64,000 nt of DNA, taken from Candidatus Magasanikiibacteriota bacterium (GTDB lineage: Bacteria; Patescibacteriota; Patescibacteriia; Magasanikbacterales; GWA2-37-8). The notes beneath the pieces are model-generated. The model searched no databases and was not told where the DNA came from. It saw only the letters and a list, made by a program, of their open reading frames with translations. The DNA lies in the NCBI GenBank assembly GCA_963840935.1, contig CAWJAS010000001.1:579834-643833 (forward strand). The letters run 5' to 3'. Of the stretch, positions 19,899 to 28,907 are shown in pieces; the first letter of the stretch is position 1; each line of letters begins with the position of its first letter. The position numbers were made by a program, and so were the translations under genes.

Positions 19899-22004
19899 TT
19901 AATTAGTAAATTCTTTTGATAAAATTTTATCTTCAATAAGCAAATAGCATTTTTCGGCTCCGGTTAAATCTCGGGCTTGATTCCATAAATTTTCGTCATC
20001 ACTGCTATTTTTTATTTCATTATATAAAACCATGAGTTCGCTTTGTCCAAAATCTTTATCAATCGGGAAACCTCCGCCGATAACTTTTTTTGCCGACAAA
20101 GCTTCCAAAGCTAAAAGCGGATAGGTATCGGCGATAACGCAATAATTTTTCGAACCGTTAATTTCTTCCCAAATAATTCGCGCCGATTGATATTCGGTTT
20201 CACTCATTGATCGACTGGTTGGACCGAGCGAATATGATGACGCAATTCCAATGGAAAATATAAAAATAAAAAGCAAGGGGAAAAATGCTTTTTTTGTGAA
20301 CATTTTTTGAAGCCAGGCAAACATAAAGACAATGCCAAATACAGCGATTATTGGCTCGAGTCTTCGGCTGAGCAAATGACTGCCATCCAAAAAATATCGA
20401 CAAATTAAATAACCGACAATTACCCCGAGCGACAAAATAATAAATAACTTGTCATAACTCTCCCCTCTTTTTTTCATTTGGCGCGCTCCAAAAAAAATGG
20501 CGACAACGGCAAAAATCATCAAAACAACAATCCAGTATCTCCACTCCGTAAAACCGTTTGGCACAAATCCGTAAGTTGGCGCCTGATTAAAAAATATGTT
20601 GCCGGCTTCAATCAGGTGAGGCCTTGGACCATTCGCCAAATAAAAACCGCTAATATTTCCAACCAATTGTTTGGCCGATGAAAACAAGTTAATTTGAGAA
20701 TTTATTTTTGAATATCCGGCTACGATTTCAAGCAATGGGATTGCCAAAACAGAAAATATTAACAAGCCGGCAAGCATCCATTTCTTTAGTTTGTCTGAAT
20801 GATGTTTGTTTGAATACAAAATTTTCTCAACAATAATCCAACCAAGAGCAAATAAAATCAAATATAAACTATAACCAAAAAAAGAAATAAAAAATAATAA
20901 TGCCAAAGCGGGAATTTGAAAATTATTGGGCGATGAAATTCTTTTAATGAGTAACAACAAAATTATTAGGAAAAACAATAAGCCAAAATTAACAGGCAGT
21001 GAAAACGCGCCAGCCGAATGCAAAGCAAACGGCCATAATCCAAGCCATGCCAAAAATAATGACTTTCTTTTTCCAAAATTCAAGACAACACCAAGCTGAT
21101 ACAAAATTATGGGTAATATTATGCCGGCAATAATCGGTTGTAGCCAAGCGATTAATGCAATCAAATCAATACCGGTCGTTTGATTCACTGTGGAAACAAC
21201 TCCCCAGAATTGGCTGTAAGCAAAAAGGCCCGGATTAATCCGCTCAACCCAATTTCCTTCAGCCGAATAGTTCACAATTTCAACCGACCCGCTATTTTTC
21301 ACTTGCTCCAATATGGCCAAGTGCCTCCACCCATCCGCGCCCCAAAACAAATTACTGCTAAGAGGCAAATACGAGAGCATTGCCAAGTAAGCGATAATAA
21401 TTAAAACCAAAATTGATTTTATAGAAATTTTGGAAAAAATCAAAGCGCCCAAAATCAAAGTCGATAAAAAAAATAAATAAATATAATTTCCGGAAATTAT
21501 TTGCCACGGAGTAATAAGCGCGCCGTCAAACAACGATGATTTTGTCAAAAAATACAATCCGGAAATAATTAAAAAAAGAAAAATAACAATATAATATTTT
21601 TTGGGTTCCAAATCAACCGTCTCTTCTTCCATTTCTTTTATTTCTTCATTTTTTTGGCCTTCCACCTTCGGTTTTATTTCACCGGCCAAAACCGAAAATA
21701 ATCCTATCACCAAAAATATTAAGGCAATAATAACCGAATTTAAACGACCGAATAGAATAAATATTCCGGAAAGCGACCCGATAAATGCAAACGACAAAAA
21801 ACCGGCCAAAATTCGAGCGCAAATTTTATCGGTTAAATGGAAAATGCCGGCCAAAAACTTTTCAAATCCGATTGATGAAAAAAATAAAAACAAACCAAGC
21901 ACCATGAGTCCCAACCAGTTCAAATGCCAGAATTCGGCGTTAAAAAAAACCAAAAAAGAAACCAGGCAAAATATAATAATTTTTTTGTATAAGATATTAT
22001 TCAT
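19899..22004 (-). CDS. Large polytopic membrane protein of unknown function (possibly GT-C-like)
   Basis: About 700 aa, many TM segments, GADGWRH loop. Confidence 0.7.
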   Translation of the reverse strand: MNNILYKKIIIFCLVSFLVFFNAEFWHLNWLGLMVLGLFLFFSSIGFEKFLAGIFHLTDKICARILAGFLSFAFIGSLSGIFILFGRLNSVIIALIFLVIGLFSVLAGEIKPKVEGQKNEEIKEMEEETVDLEPKKYYIVIFLFLIISGLYFLTKSSLFDGALITPWQIISGNYIYLFFLSTLILGALIFSKISIKSILVLIIIAYLAMLSYLPLSSNLFWGADGWRHLAILEQVKNSGSVEIVNYSAEGNWVERINPGLFAYSQFWGVVSTVNQTTGIDLIALIAWLQPIIAGIILPIILYQLGVVLNFGKRKSLFLAWLGLWPFALHSAGAFSLPVNFGLLFFLIILLLLIKRISSPNNFQIPALALLFFISFFGYSLYLILFALGWIIVEKILYSNKHHSDKLKKWMLAGLLIFSVLAIPLLEIVAGYSKINSQINLFSSAKQLVGNISGFYLANGPRPHLIEAGNIFFNQAPTYGFVPNGFTEWRYWIVVLMIFAVVAIFFGARQMKKRGESYDKLFIILSLGVIVGYLICRYFLDGSHLLSRRLEPIIAVFGIVFMFAWLQKMFTKKAFFPLLFIFIFSIGIASSYSLGPTSRSMSETEYQSARIIWEEINGSKNYCVIADTYPLLALEALSAKKVIGGGFPIDKDFGQSELMVLYNEIKNSSDDENLWNQARDLTGAEKCYLLIEDKILSKEFTN

Positions 22005-22075
22005 AAACTGAATTATACTGATAATTGACAATTTTGGCAAAGAATCGTACATTAATACAAAAAAAGGAGGGGGTA

Positions 22076-22723
22076 ATGGAAAAGCTCTTTAACAAAATAT
22101 ACAGACAGCTAAACCAATTCTTTGAAAAAAGATTGGCCAAATGGTTGCCCGATTTCATCACACCGAACATGGTCACCGTGTCACGCGTGTTTTTTGTCGG
22201 ACCGATAATTGGATTGCTTTTTGCCGGACAAACCGCATTGTCGGCCACGCTATTTATTTTTGCCTCGTTGCTTGATTATGTTGATGGAGCGCTGGCCAGG
22301 GGTCGCGGGGCCGAATCCGAACTGGGAAAGTTTCTTGACCCGATTTCGGACAAAATATTTTTTTGCGTTATTTCGATGATGGTTTCAGTGGCGATATTTT
22401 CAAACTCTCCCACGACAATCGCCACCATTTGTCTATTGGTGCATGTCAACTGCGCGGTCTGCGTTGAGCTTCTGCTCACTTGTGTCCGGATAATTGACTT
22501 TTGTCACAACCAAAATGAATGCGTAATAAATAACAAAAAGAATCTCAAAGCCGATTGGTCGGGCAAAATCAAATTCAATTTGCAGATGTTCGGCGCCGGC
22601 TTCGCGCTTATCGTCTACCCCGGGGACCCAAGCTCCCCCGTCATTTGGTTTGCTATTGCCTGTATCGCTCTTTCTCTGCCTTTTGCCACAATTTCTCTGG
22701 CGCGCAAAATTCACAGCAGATAA
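22076..22723 (+). CDS. CDP-alcohol phosphatidyltransferase (PgsA-like)
   Basis: TPNMVT, DYVDGALAR..GKFLDPISDK; AAAGGAGG SD before ATG 22076; TTGACA at 22025. Confidence 0.88.
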   Translation: MEKLFNKIYRQLNQFFEKRLAKWLPDFITPNMVTVSRVFFVGPIIGLLFAGQTALSATLFIFASLLDYVDGALARGRGAESELGKFLDPISDKIFFCVISMMVSVAIFSNSPTTIATICLLVHVNCAVCVELLLTCVRIIDFCHNQNECVINNKKNLKADWSGKIKFNLQMFGAGFALIVYPGDPSSPVIWFAIACIALSLPFATISLARKIHSR

Positions 22724-22727
22724 ACAC

Positions 22728-22756
22728 AAAAACCCCGATTTTCATTGGGGTTTTTA
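22728..22756 (+). terminator. Intrinsic terminator
   Basis: aaaaaccccgat-tttc-attggggttttt. Confidence 0.7.
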
Positions 22757-22856
22757 ATTAACATTTTATTCACAAATTATAACTTGCCCGACTGCTCGGT
22801 ATTCGTTATTATACGGTTGCCTGAAAAGGACCTTTAAACCGCGAATCAAATTTTAT

Positions 22857-24326
22857 ATGTCTGATGATTCCCTAAACAAAGTACCGCCCCAAAGTTTGGA
22901 AGCCGAGATGTCTCTTCTCGGGTGTCTTTTGATTGATAAAGATGCCATTCTAAAAATCGCCGATATTATTATCGCGGAAGATTTTTACAAAATGGCGCAC
23001 GGAAAAATCTTTGAAACAATGATGGAATTGTATTCCAGAAACGAACCGGTTGATTTACTTACTCTAAACAATCGTTTGACTGAAAAAGGCCTGCTCGAAA
23101 ATGTTGGCGGAAAAACCTATTTGGTAAAACTGGCCAATTCCGTGGCCACCGCTTCGAATGTTGTGAATTACGCTCAAATCGTCAGAAGAAAATCTACCCG
23201 TCGACGATTGTTAACGGCCGCTCAAGAAATCAGCCGGCTCGGCTTTGAAGAAGAAGGCGAAATCGACAGCGTGCTTGATGAAGCGCAACGCCACCTCTTC
23301 GGCGTATCGCAAAATTACTTCAAACAATCATTCACGCCTATCCGCGGTGTTTTGGCTGAAGCGTTTGACAGAATCGATGAACTGCACAAGAACAAAGGAC
23401 AGCTTCGCGGATTGGCCAGCGGTTTTTCGGAACTCGACAGATTGCTAACCGGATTTCAAAAATCGGACTTAATAATTCTCGCCGCCCGTCCTTCGGTCGG
23501 TAAAACTTCATTGGCTCTTGATTTTGTCCGTCACGCCGGTTCAAAAATGAAAGTGCCGGTCGGTTTGTTTTCATTGGAAATGAGCAAAGAGCAGTTGGTT
23601 GACCGCCTGCTTTGCGCCGAAGCAAATATTGATTTGTGGCGCTTGCGCAGTGGTCGGCTTTCCGAAAGACCGGAAGACGGAGATTTTTCTCGCATCGGTC
23701 ATGCTATTGGTTCGCTTTCCGAAGCGCCAATTTTTATCGACGACACGCCAAATATAAATATCTTACAACTTCGCACCAAAGCTCGCCGACTTCAAATTGA
23801 ACACGGCCTGGGACTTATTGTGGTTGATTATTTGCAGTTAATGGACTCGCGACGAAGTTCCGAGAATCGCGTGCAAGAAGTGGCGGAAATCACCCGCGGG
23901 CTCAAAGGTATCGCCCGCGAATTGAATGTGCCGGTTATCGCCTTATCCCAGCTATCAAGAGTCGTCGAGCAATCCAAACCGGCCATCCCCAAACTTTCGC
24001 ATTTGCGTGAATCCGGTTCAATCGAGCAGGACGCTGATGTGGTTATGTTTATCTACCGCAAATCCCGCGATACAAATTACCGCGCCGAAGATATTCCGCC
24101 GGATGAAAAATACATTGCCGAATTGCGCATCGAAAAACACAGAAACGGCCCAACGGGTATGGTCAAATTATTTTTTCATGAAGCCTCGACTTCTTTCAGA
24201 AATTTGGACTCGCAAATGCGCCCGATTTCTTCACCGAATGTTTCGGAACCACAAAAATTGCGTCCAAAATCGGATTTTGAAAAAAAGCCCGATATAGCAA
24301 CAACACCGCCCACTCCGCCAATGTAG
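22857..24326 (+). CDS. dnaB: Replicative DNA helicase
   Basis: PPQSLEAE, AARPSVGKT, FSLEMS, VDYLQL, LRESGSIEQDAD, KHRNGPTG. Confidence 0.98.
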   Translation: MSDDSLNKVPPQSLEAEMSLLGCLLIDKDAILKIADIIIAEDFYKMAHGKIFETMMELYSRNEPVDLLTLNNRLTEKGLLENVGGKTYLVKLANSVATASNVVNYAQIVRRKSTRRRLLTAAQEISRLGFEEEGEIDSVLDEAQRHLFGVSQNYFKQSFTPIRGVLAEAFDRIDELHKNKGQLRGLASGFSELDRLLTGFQKSDLIILAARPSVGKTSLALDFVRHAGSKMKVPVGLFSLEMSKEQLVDRLLCAEANIDLWRLRSGRLSERPEDGDFSRIGHAIGSLSEAPIFIDDTPNINILQLRTKARRLQIEHGLGLIVVDYLQLMDSRRSSENRVQEVAEITRGLKGIARELNVPVIALSQLSRVVEQSKPAIPKLSHLRESGSIEQDADVVMFIYRKSRDTNYRAEDIPPDEKYIAELRIEKHRNGPTGMVKLFFHEASTSFRNLDSQMRPISSPNVSEPQKLRPKSDFEKKPDIATTPPTPPM

Positions 24327-24365
24327 GGAGTTGAAAATACTCGGTTGTTTTGATATAATCACTAT

Positions 24366-24560
24366 TGTTCAAATCGTAAATTATCAGTTTGACATTTCCG
24401 GTTATCATTACCTTTCGCAAACAGCGTCGGTCGGCTCCTGCGGCCGACCGCGCTTCTCGCTCACCACACGGCTCCTTCGGAGACCGAGCCCGTGTGGCTC
24501 CGCGACGTTGCTCAAGATAATAATAACCGGAAAAAAATCACACTAATTTGACATTTGACA
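24366..24560. other. Long nested inverted-repeat element with a GC-rich multibranch core
   Basis: ttccggttatcattacctt / aagataataataaccggaa arms; inner stems gtcggc/gccgac, ccacacgg/ccgtgtgg and a cTTCGg loop. Confidence 0.7.
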
Positions 24561-24584
24561 TTTTTATTTTTTAATTTTTATTAT

Positions 24585-24887
24585 ATGTCTGTTTTCTCAA
24601 AACTCAAACAATTCAAAGACCTACGCGAACAAGGCAAGCAATTGCAAAGCACTTTGAGCAAAGAATCGACCACAGCCGAATCGGCTTTTGGCAAAGTAAA
24701 AGTTACCATGGACGGCACGCTCAGTATAAAAAATGTCGAGATTGACAAAGAACTTTTAAGTCCTGACAAAAAAGAAAAACTTCAAGACGCAATCAGAGAC
24801 GCGCAAAATGACGCGCTCAAAAAAATGCAAAGAATAGCCGCCACAAAAATGCAGGAAAGCGGTTATGAACTTCCGGGTTTAAAATAA
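24585..24887 (+). CDS. ybaB: YbaB/EbfC nucleoid-associated protein
   Basis: GKVKVTMDG, EIDKELL, upstream of recR. Confidence 0.88.
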   Translation: MSVFSKLKQFKDLREQGKQLQSTLSKESTTAESAFGKVKVTMDGTLSIKNVEIDKELLSPDKKEKLQDAIRDAQNDALKKMQRIAATKMQESGYELPGLK

Positions 24888-24946
24888 TTTATGTATAACG
24901 CGCCAATTAATCCCGATGAATAATCGGGACGCAGGCCATGTGGGCT

Positions 24947-25543
24947 ATGTACGCAAATCCGATTAATAACCTTATAACGAATCTCAAAAAACTGCCCTCA
25001 GTCGGTCAAAAAACGGCTGAGCGTTTTGTTTTTCATTGGCTGGCTTCCGGAAAAAAGGAAGTCAACGATTTAAAAAACGCGCTTGATGAACTTTTGACCA
25101 AGGTCAAAAGCTGTGAAATCTGCTGGAACTTCGCTACCAACTCCCCGTGCCCCATTTGCGCGAACCCGGCGCGCGATAAAACGCTTGTTTGCGTTGTGGC
25201 TGAAGTGGCCGACATCGCTTCCATAGAAAAAACTGATGAGTTCAAAGGGGTCTATCATGTTCTGCGCGGTTTGATTGATTTTGCCGATGAAGAACCTGAT
25301 TTTGAAAAAATAAAAGTAAATGATTTATTATCCCGCGTTAAAAAATCAAAAATTGAGGAAATTATCTTGGCGCTTAATCCTGATTTGGCCGGCGAAACAA
25401 TGGCCATGTATCTTGAAAAAGAAATAAAAAATATCTCGCCAAAAATAAAAATCACACGGCTGGCGCGCGGACTGCCTTTGGGCTCGGACTTGCAATACGC
25501 CGATGAGATGACTCTTGGCAGTGCCATAAAGAATAGAAAATAA
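24947..25543 (+). CDS. recR: Recombination mediator RecR
   Basis: LPSVGQKTAER, C4 zinc finger, YHVLRG, TRLARGLPLG..YAD. Confidence 0.96.
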   Translation: MYANPINNLITNLKKLPSVGQKTAERFVFHWLASGKKEVNDLKNALDELLTKVKSCEICWNFATNSPCPICANPARDKTLVCVVAEVADIASIEKTDEFKGVYHVLRGLIDFADEEPDFEKIKVNDLLSRVKKSKIEEIILALNPDLAGETMAMYLEKEIKNISPKIKITRLARGLPLGSDLQYADEMTLGSAIKNRK

Positions 25544-25572
25544 AACCCGTCAGTTACTACTGGCGGGTTATT
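25542..25572. terminator. Hairpin between convergent recR and rplU
   Basis: aacccgtcagt-tact-actggcgggtt. Confidence 0.65.
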
Positions 25573-25587
25573 TATTTTGGCGTTATT

Positions 25588-25899
25588 TTATTTTTCGGAA
25601 ATTTTCACTTTGGTAAATTTTTGTCTGTGTCCGTGCACTTTGTGATATCTTACTTTTCTTTTGAATTTCTCCACCATTATCTTTTTACTTCTTCCTTGTT
25701 TAATCACGCTCGCCTCAATCGTGACTCCATCCAAATACGGCGCGCCGATTTTAACGTTTGTGCCGTCATCGCTCGCCGTGAGTAACACTTTGTCAAAAAC
25801 AACTTTGTCGCCTTCATTAAAAGCCAATTTCTCAATTTTGAGAGATTCATTATTTTTTACCAGATACTGTTTGCCTCCGGTCTCGATAACTGCGTACAT
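25588..25899 (-). CDS. rplU: 50S ribosomal protein L21
   Basis: MYAVIETGGKQY, GHRQKFT; TTGACT-17-TAAAAT at 25960-25932. Confidence 0.97.
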   Translation of the reverse strand: MYAVIETGGKQYLVKNNESLKIEKLAFNEGDKVVFDKVLLTASDDGTNVKIGAPYLDGVTIEASVIKQGRSKKIMVEKFKRKVRYHKVHGHRQKFTKVKISEK

Positions 25900-25967
25900 A
25901 AAGTTTATGTTTAATATTAATTTCGCACTATATTTTAACAAAAATTACTAAATTAGTCAAGCGCCGG

Positions 25968-26441
25968 CTACAATTTAACCGTGTCCCCTATTTTTACATT
26001 ATGTTTTTCGACAAAACCGGCCGGTAATTCAATAACATGCGTGGCGGACATTCTTGGGCGATAACGAGTTAATTCCGCCTCCGGAACACCTTTTTCCGGC
26101 GCCAAATTGGGCGCTATTTCAACAATCTCGCCATTCTTTACCCAAATAATATCAATCGGGTAATCCATGTCGCGCATGACAAAAGTGTAATAATCAGGGG
26201 TTGCAAAAACAAATAGCATGCCTTGTTTCTTGTCGGTCAAATTCGTTCCGCTCAGCCCCTTGAATCTTAACGCCGGAGTATCAGCCACCATCACGGTTAG
26301 AACTTCACCAGCAATTTCAATATTTTGCATCGGCCGAACAAGCCAACCGTAAATTTTTAAACACAAAAAAAGTAAAATAATTATTCCAAAAGCAATCAAG
26401 TGCCATTTTTTTAATTTTGTTTTTTGTTTTTTTTCAAACAT
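25968..26441 (-). CDS. DUF192 family protein with N-terminal TM segment
   Basis: VADT..GLS, GMLFVF, MRDMDYPIDIIW, VIELPAG. Confidence 0.88.
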   Translation of the reverse strand: MFEKKQKTKLKKWHLIAFGIIILLFLCLKIYGWLVRPMQNIEIAGEVLTVMVADTPALRFKGLSGTNLTDKKQGMLFVFATPDYYTFVMRDMDYPIDIIWVKNGEIVEIAPNLAPEKGVPEAELTRYRPRMSATHVIELPAGFVEKHNVKIGDTVKL

Positions 26442-26444
26442 ATT

Positions 26445-27479
26445 TTATGTTTTTTCTTCGCGACGGCCAAGCCAAAAACCAAAAATTATCATAGCCATGG
26501 TTAAAAAAATCAGGGCAATGAGCTTGCCGTTGCTTTTTAAATAAAGAGTGGTTATGCCAAACAAAAAAGCGATCAAATACAGCAATACTACCGCCTGAAC
26601 ATGAGTCATTCCCAAATCAAGCAATCGATAATGCAAATGCCTTCGGTCGCCGGAAAAGACGGGCTGGCCGGTTCTGACGCGCAAATAAATAACGCGCGCC
26701 AAATCCAAAATGGGCACGGCCAAAACCAAAAGGGCGGTGGCGATTTTTCCTCCGGCAATTATGGCCAAAACGCCAAGCATAAAACCAACAAATAATCCGC
26801 CGGCTTCTCCCAAAAAAATTCTGGCCGGATAAAAATTCAAAACCAAAAAACCGGCGCAGACTCCGGCCAAAACCAGTGATATTGTGGAAATGTCCGCTTG
26901 ATAAAACTGCCCTGATGAAGTTAAAAAATAAATCATGAGGGCGCCAATAAGCACAATCCCCGTGGCAAGCCCATCCAAACCATCCAAAATTTTTACAGTA
27001 TAGGTCATGCCAAAAATCCAGAAAAAAACAAAAATATTGGCAAGTACCAAAAAATTACCGATGACTATGGCGTCCAAGGGAATTACTCCACCAAAAGGAT
27101 TGGTGATAGCCGTCAATTGAGTTCCCCCGATAATTACACAAAGTGCCGAGAGCGCTGTGGCAAAAAGACGCCAAAAAGGAGAAATTTTATATTTATCATC
27201 AATGAGTCCGGTAACAAGCAAAATTAAACTGCCAAAAAAAACACCGATCAAGCTGGCGTTTGGCAAATGCTTGTGATTGATTTGGGCTACAAAAATCAAA
27301 AAAAACACCATTATCCAAAATGCCAAAAAAATACCCAAACCGCCCAAAAGCGGAACCGGTCCGTTGTGACGTTTACGGCTATTATCCGGAATGTCAAGAA
27401 TTGTATTTTTTATAGCCAATCGCCTGACGAGTAGTGTCAGAATGAGAGAAATTGTGGCTGAAGCCAAGAAAATAAGCAT
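26445..27479 (-). CDS. MraY/WecA-family undecaprenyl-P GlcNAc-1-P transferase
   Basis: PLLGG, GLIDD, DGLDGL, NFYPARIFLG, DRRHLHYRL. Confidence 0.9.
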   Translation of the reverse strand: MLIFLASATISLILTLLVRRLAIKNTILDIPDNSRKRHNGPVPLLGGLGIFLAFWIMVFFLIFVAQINHKHLPNASLIGVFFGSLILLVTGLIDDKYKISPFWRLFATALSALCVIIGGTQLTAITNPFGGVIPLDAIVIGNFLVLANIFVFFWIFGMTYTVKILDGLDGLATGIVLIGALMIYFLTSSGQFYQADISTISLVLAGVCAGFLVLNFYPARIFLGEAGGLFVGFMLGVLAIIAGGKIATALLVLAVPILDLARVIYLRVRTGQPVFSGDRRHLHYRLLDLGMTHVQAVVLLYLIAFLFGITTLYLKSNGKLIALIFLTMAMIIFGFWLGRREEKT

Positions 27480-27578
27480 ATTGTGCCTAAATTTTATCAA
27501 ATCCAAACCCTCTTGACAAGACAGTAAAATTATAATATCATATTACCACCTAACTTTTATTAGAAATTATTATCCAAT

Positions 27579-27857
27579 ATGTCACATAAGAAAGCCGGCG
27601 GCTCCACACGGCTCGGCCGAGATTCACAATCCAAACGATTGGGTGTCAAAAAACACGATGGTGAAACCGTTAAACCGGGCATGATTATTATTAAGCAACG
27701 GGGCACCAGAGTCCACCCGGGCAAAAATGTTAAGCGCGGAAATGACGATACTCTTTTTTCCATTGCCGATGGCAAAGTAAAGTTCGAAAGCAAAAAAAGA
27801 AAACGCTTTGACGGCACTCTAAAAATGGCAAAATTTGTCAGCGTAGTGAACGCCTAA
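27579..27857 (+). CDS. rpmA: 50S ribosomal protein L27
   Basis: [28 protein letters not shown]; TTGACA-17-TATCAT at 27513-27541. Confidence 0.98.
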   Translation: MSHKKAGGSTRLGRDSQSKRLGVKKHDGETVKPGMIIIKQRGTRVHPGKNVKRGNDDTLFSIADGKVKFESKKRKRFDGTLKMAKFVSVVNA

Positions 27858-27868
27858 AAAATCAATTC

Positions 27869-27899
27869 AAAAAACGCCGGTAAAAAACGGCGTTTTTTT
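27869..27899 (+). terminator. Intrinsic terminator after rpmA
   Basis: aaaaaacgccg-gtaaaaaa-cggcgttttttt. Confidence 0.8.
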
Positions 27900-27901
27900 A
27901 T

Positions 27902-27940
27902 ACTCCCTCCTCTTGATAAGAGGAGGGCTGGGGTGGAGTC
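27902..27940. repeat. C-rich/G-rich palindromic repeat (type E), copy 1
   Basis: ccctcctcttgataagaggagggctggggtggagtc; similar to 28871-28907 and to the inverted copy at 50657-50695. Confidence 0.8.
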
Positions 27941-28026
27941 AGTGGTAAACATTGACAATTCCTACCAAAAATGATACTCTAATCAATCAGGTTCTTTAAC
28001 AAGCAACAACCAAAAAGGAGGGATTT

Positions 28027-28779
28027 GTGAACATACACGAGGTGCGTTCGACACGCGAAGTCGAGCAGTTTGTGACCGATGAATTTACGGCTCACAATTT
28101 TGACGTTGATTTGATTCACGGACTCAGGCATCTCCGTCGCGTTCGGGCCGAGTATGAAAATATTCGCCTGATGTGCGCGGACATGCTGGAACCCGAGCTG
28201 GTCAAGTGCTTGGGTGTGGCGGTGGCTGTCCATGACCTGGGCAGGATTCGCGAAGGCAACCACGCGGAAAATTCCGCGGAAATGTTTCGCTCCATGCCAA
28301 TCGAGGACCTGACGGCGGATGAAATCGAGGCAATCTACTACGCCGTCAAATACCACAATCGCGGGCTGGAATCACTCGGCATCGATAAGGCCGAAACATT
28401 CCAAGACAAGCTTTTGGGACTTTTGTGCCTTTGCGACCATGCCGACGCCGCGAGTACCGAAGGAGCGGCTCGTGCCGCTCTGCACATGGCGAACGTCAAG
28501 GCGCCGATCCTGTCCACTCGATTCTCGGCCGACCACCTGCGCGCCATAATGGTTCAAGGCGCTTCCCCGAGCATGATGAACGACTACAAGAACGACAGCT
28601 TGGTGGCGCACTGGGCGTACAACTACTTCGCCGACTTCTCCATCTGTTGCCCAATATTGCACCTTTTGAACACGCGATATTACGACGAGTGCCACGCCCC
28701 AAACGTGGTCATGTACCGCGCCCTCATCGAACCGCTTCTGATACTGCAAGAAGCGACCGATGAAGTCGCTTCCTTGTAA
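28027..28779 (+). CDS. HD-domain metal-dependent phosphohydrolase, GC-rich
   Basis: HGLRH..RV, VHDLGR, HAENSA, YHN, CDHAD; GTG start after AAAGGAGGG; TTGACA-17-TACTCT at 27952-27980. Confidence 0.85.
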   Translation: MNIHEVRSTREVEQFVTDEFTAHNFDVDLIHGLRHLRRVRAEYENIRLMCADMLEPELVKCLGVAVAVHDLGRIREGNHAENSAEMFRSMPIEDLTADEIEAIYYAVKYHNRGLESLGIDKAETFQDKLLGLLCLCDHADAASTEGAARAALHMANVKAPILSTRFSADHLRAIMVQGASPSMMNDYKNDSLVAHWAYNYFADFSICCPILHLLNTRYYDECHAPNVVMYRALIEPLLILQEATDEVASL

Positions 28780-28805
28780 ATCGCACCTTGGTTGTTTCTT
28801 ATTAT

Positions 28806-28837
28806 GCCCCGCGCCAAAAACGCGGGGCTTTTCTTTT
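28806..28837 (+). terminator. Intrinsic terminator after the HD gene
   Basis: gccccgcg-ccaaaaa-cgcggggc-ttttctttt. Confidence 0.8.
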
Positions 28838-28870
28838 GTCATTGCGAGGATGTTTTGGAGAGTCAACGTT

Positions 28871-28907
28871 TTCCCCCTCTTGATAAGAGGGGGCTGAGGG
28901 GGAGTCT
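28871..28907. repeat. Type E palindromic repeat, copy 2
   Basis: ttccccctcttgataagagggggctgagggggagtct. Confidence 0.8.

Noticed and set aside
22857-24326. Intein in DnaB
   Set aside because: Length and motif spacing are normal; there is only a short Pro-rich C-terminal tail.
24400-24530. SRP RNA, suggested by proximity to ybaB-recR
   Set aside because: No CAGG..GGAA..AGCAG helix-8 motif was found on either strand.
24331-24546. 71-aa ORF between dnaB and ybaB
   Set aside because: TTG start, no motif, and it coincides with the inverted-repeat element.
27979-28866. Several overlapping ORFs on both strands of the HD gene
   Set aside because: Expected from high GC; only 28027-28779 has an SD, a promoter and family motifs.
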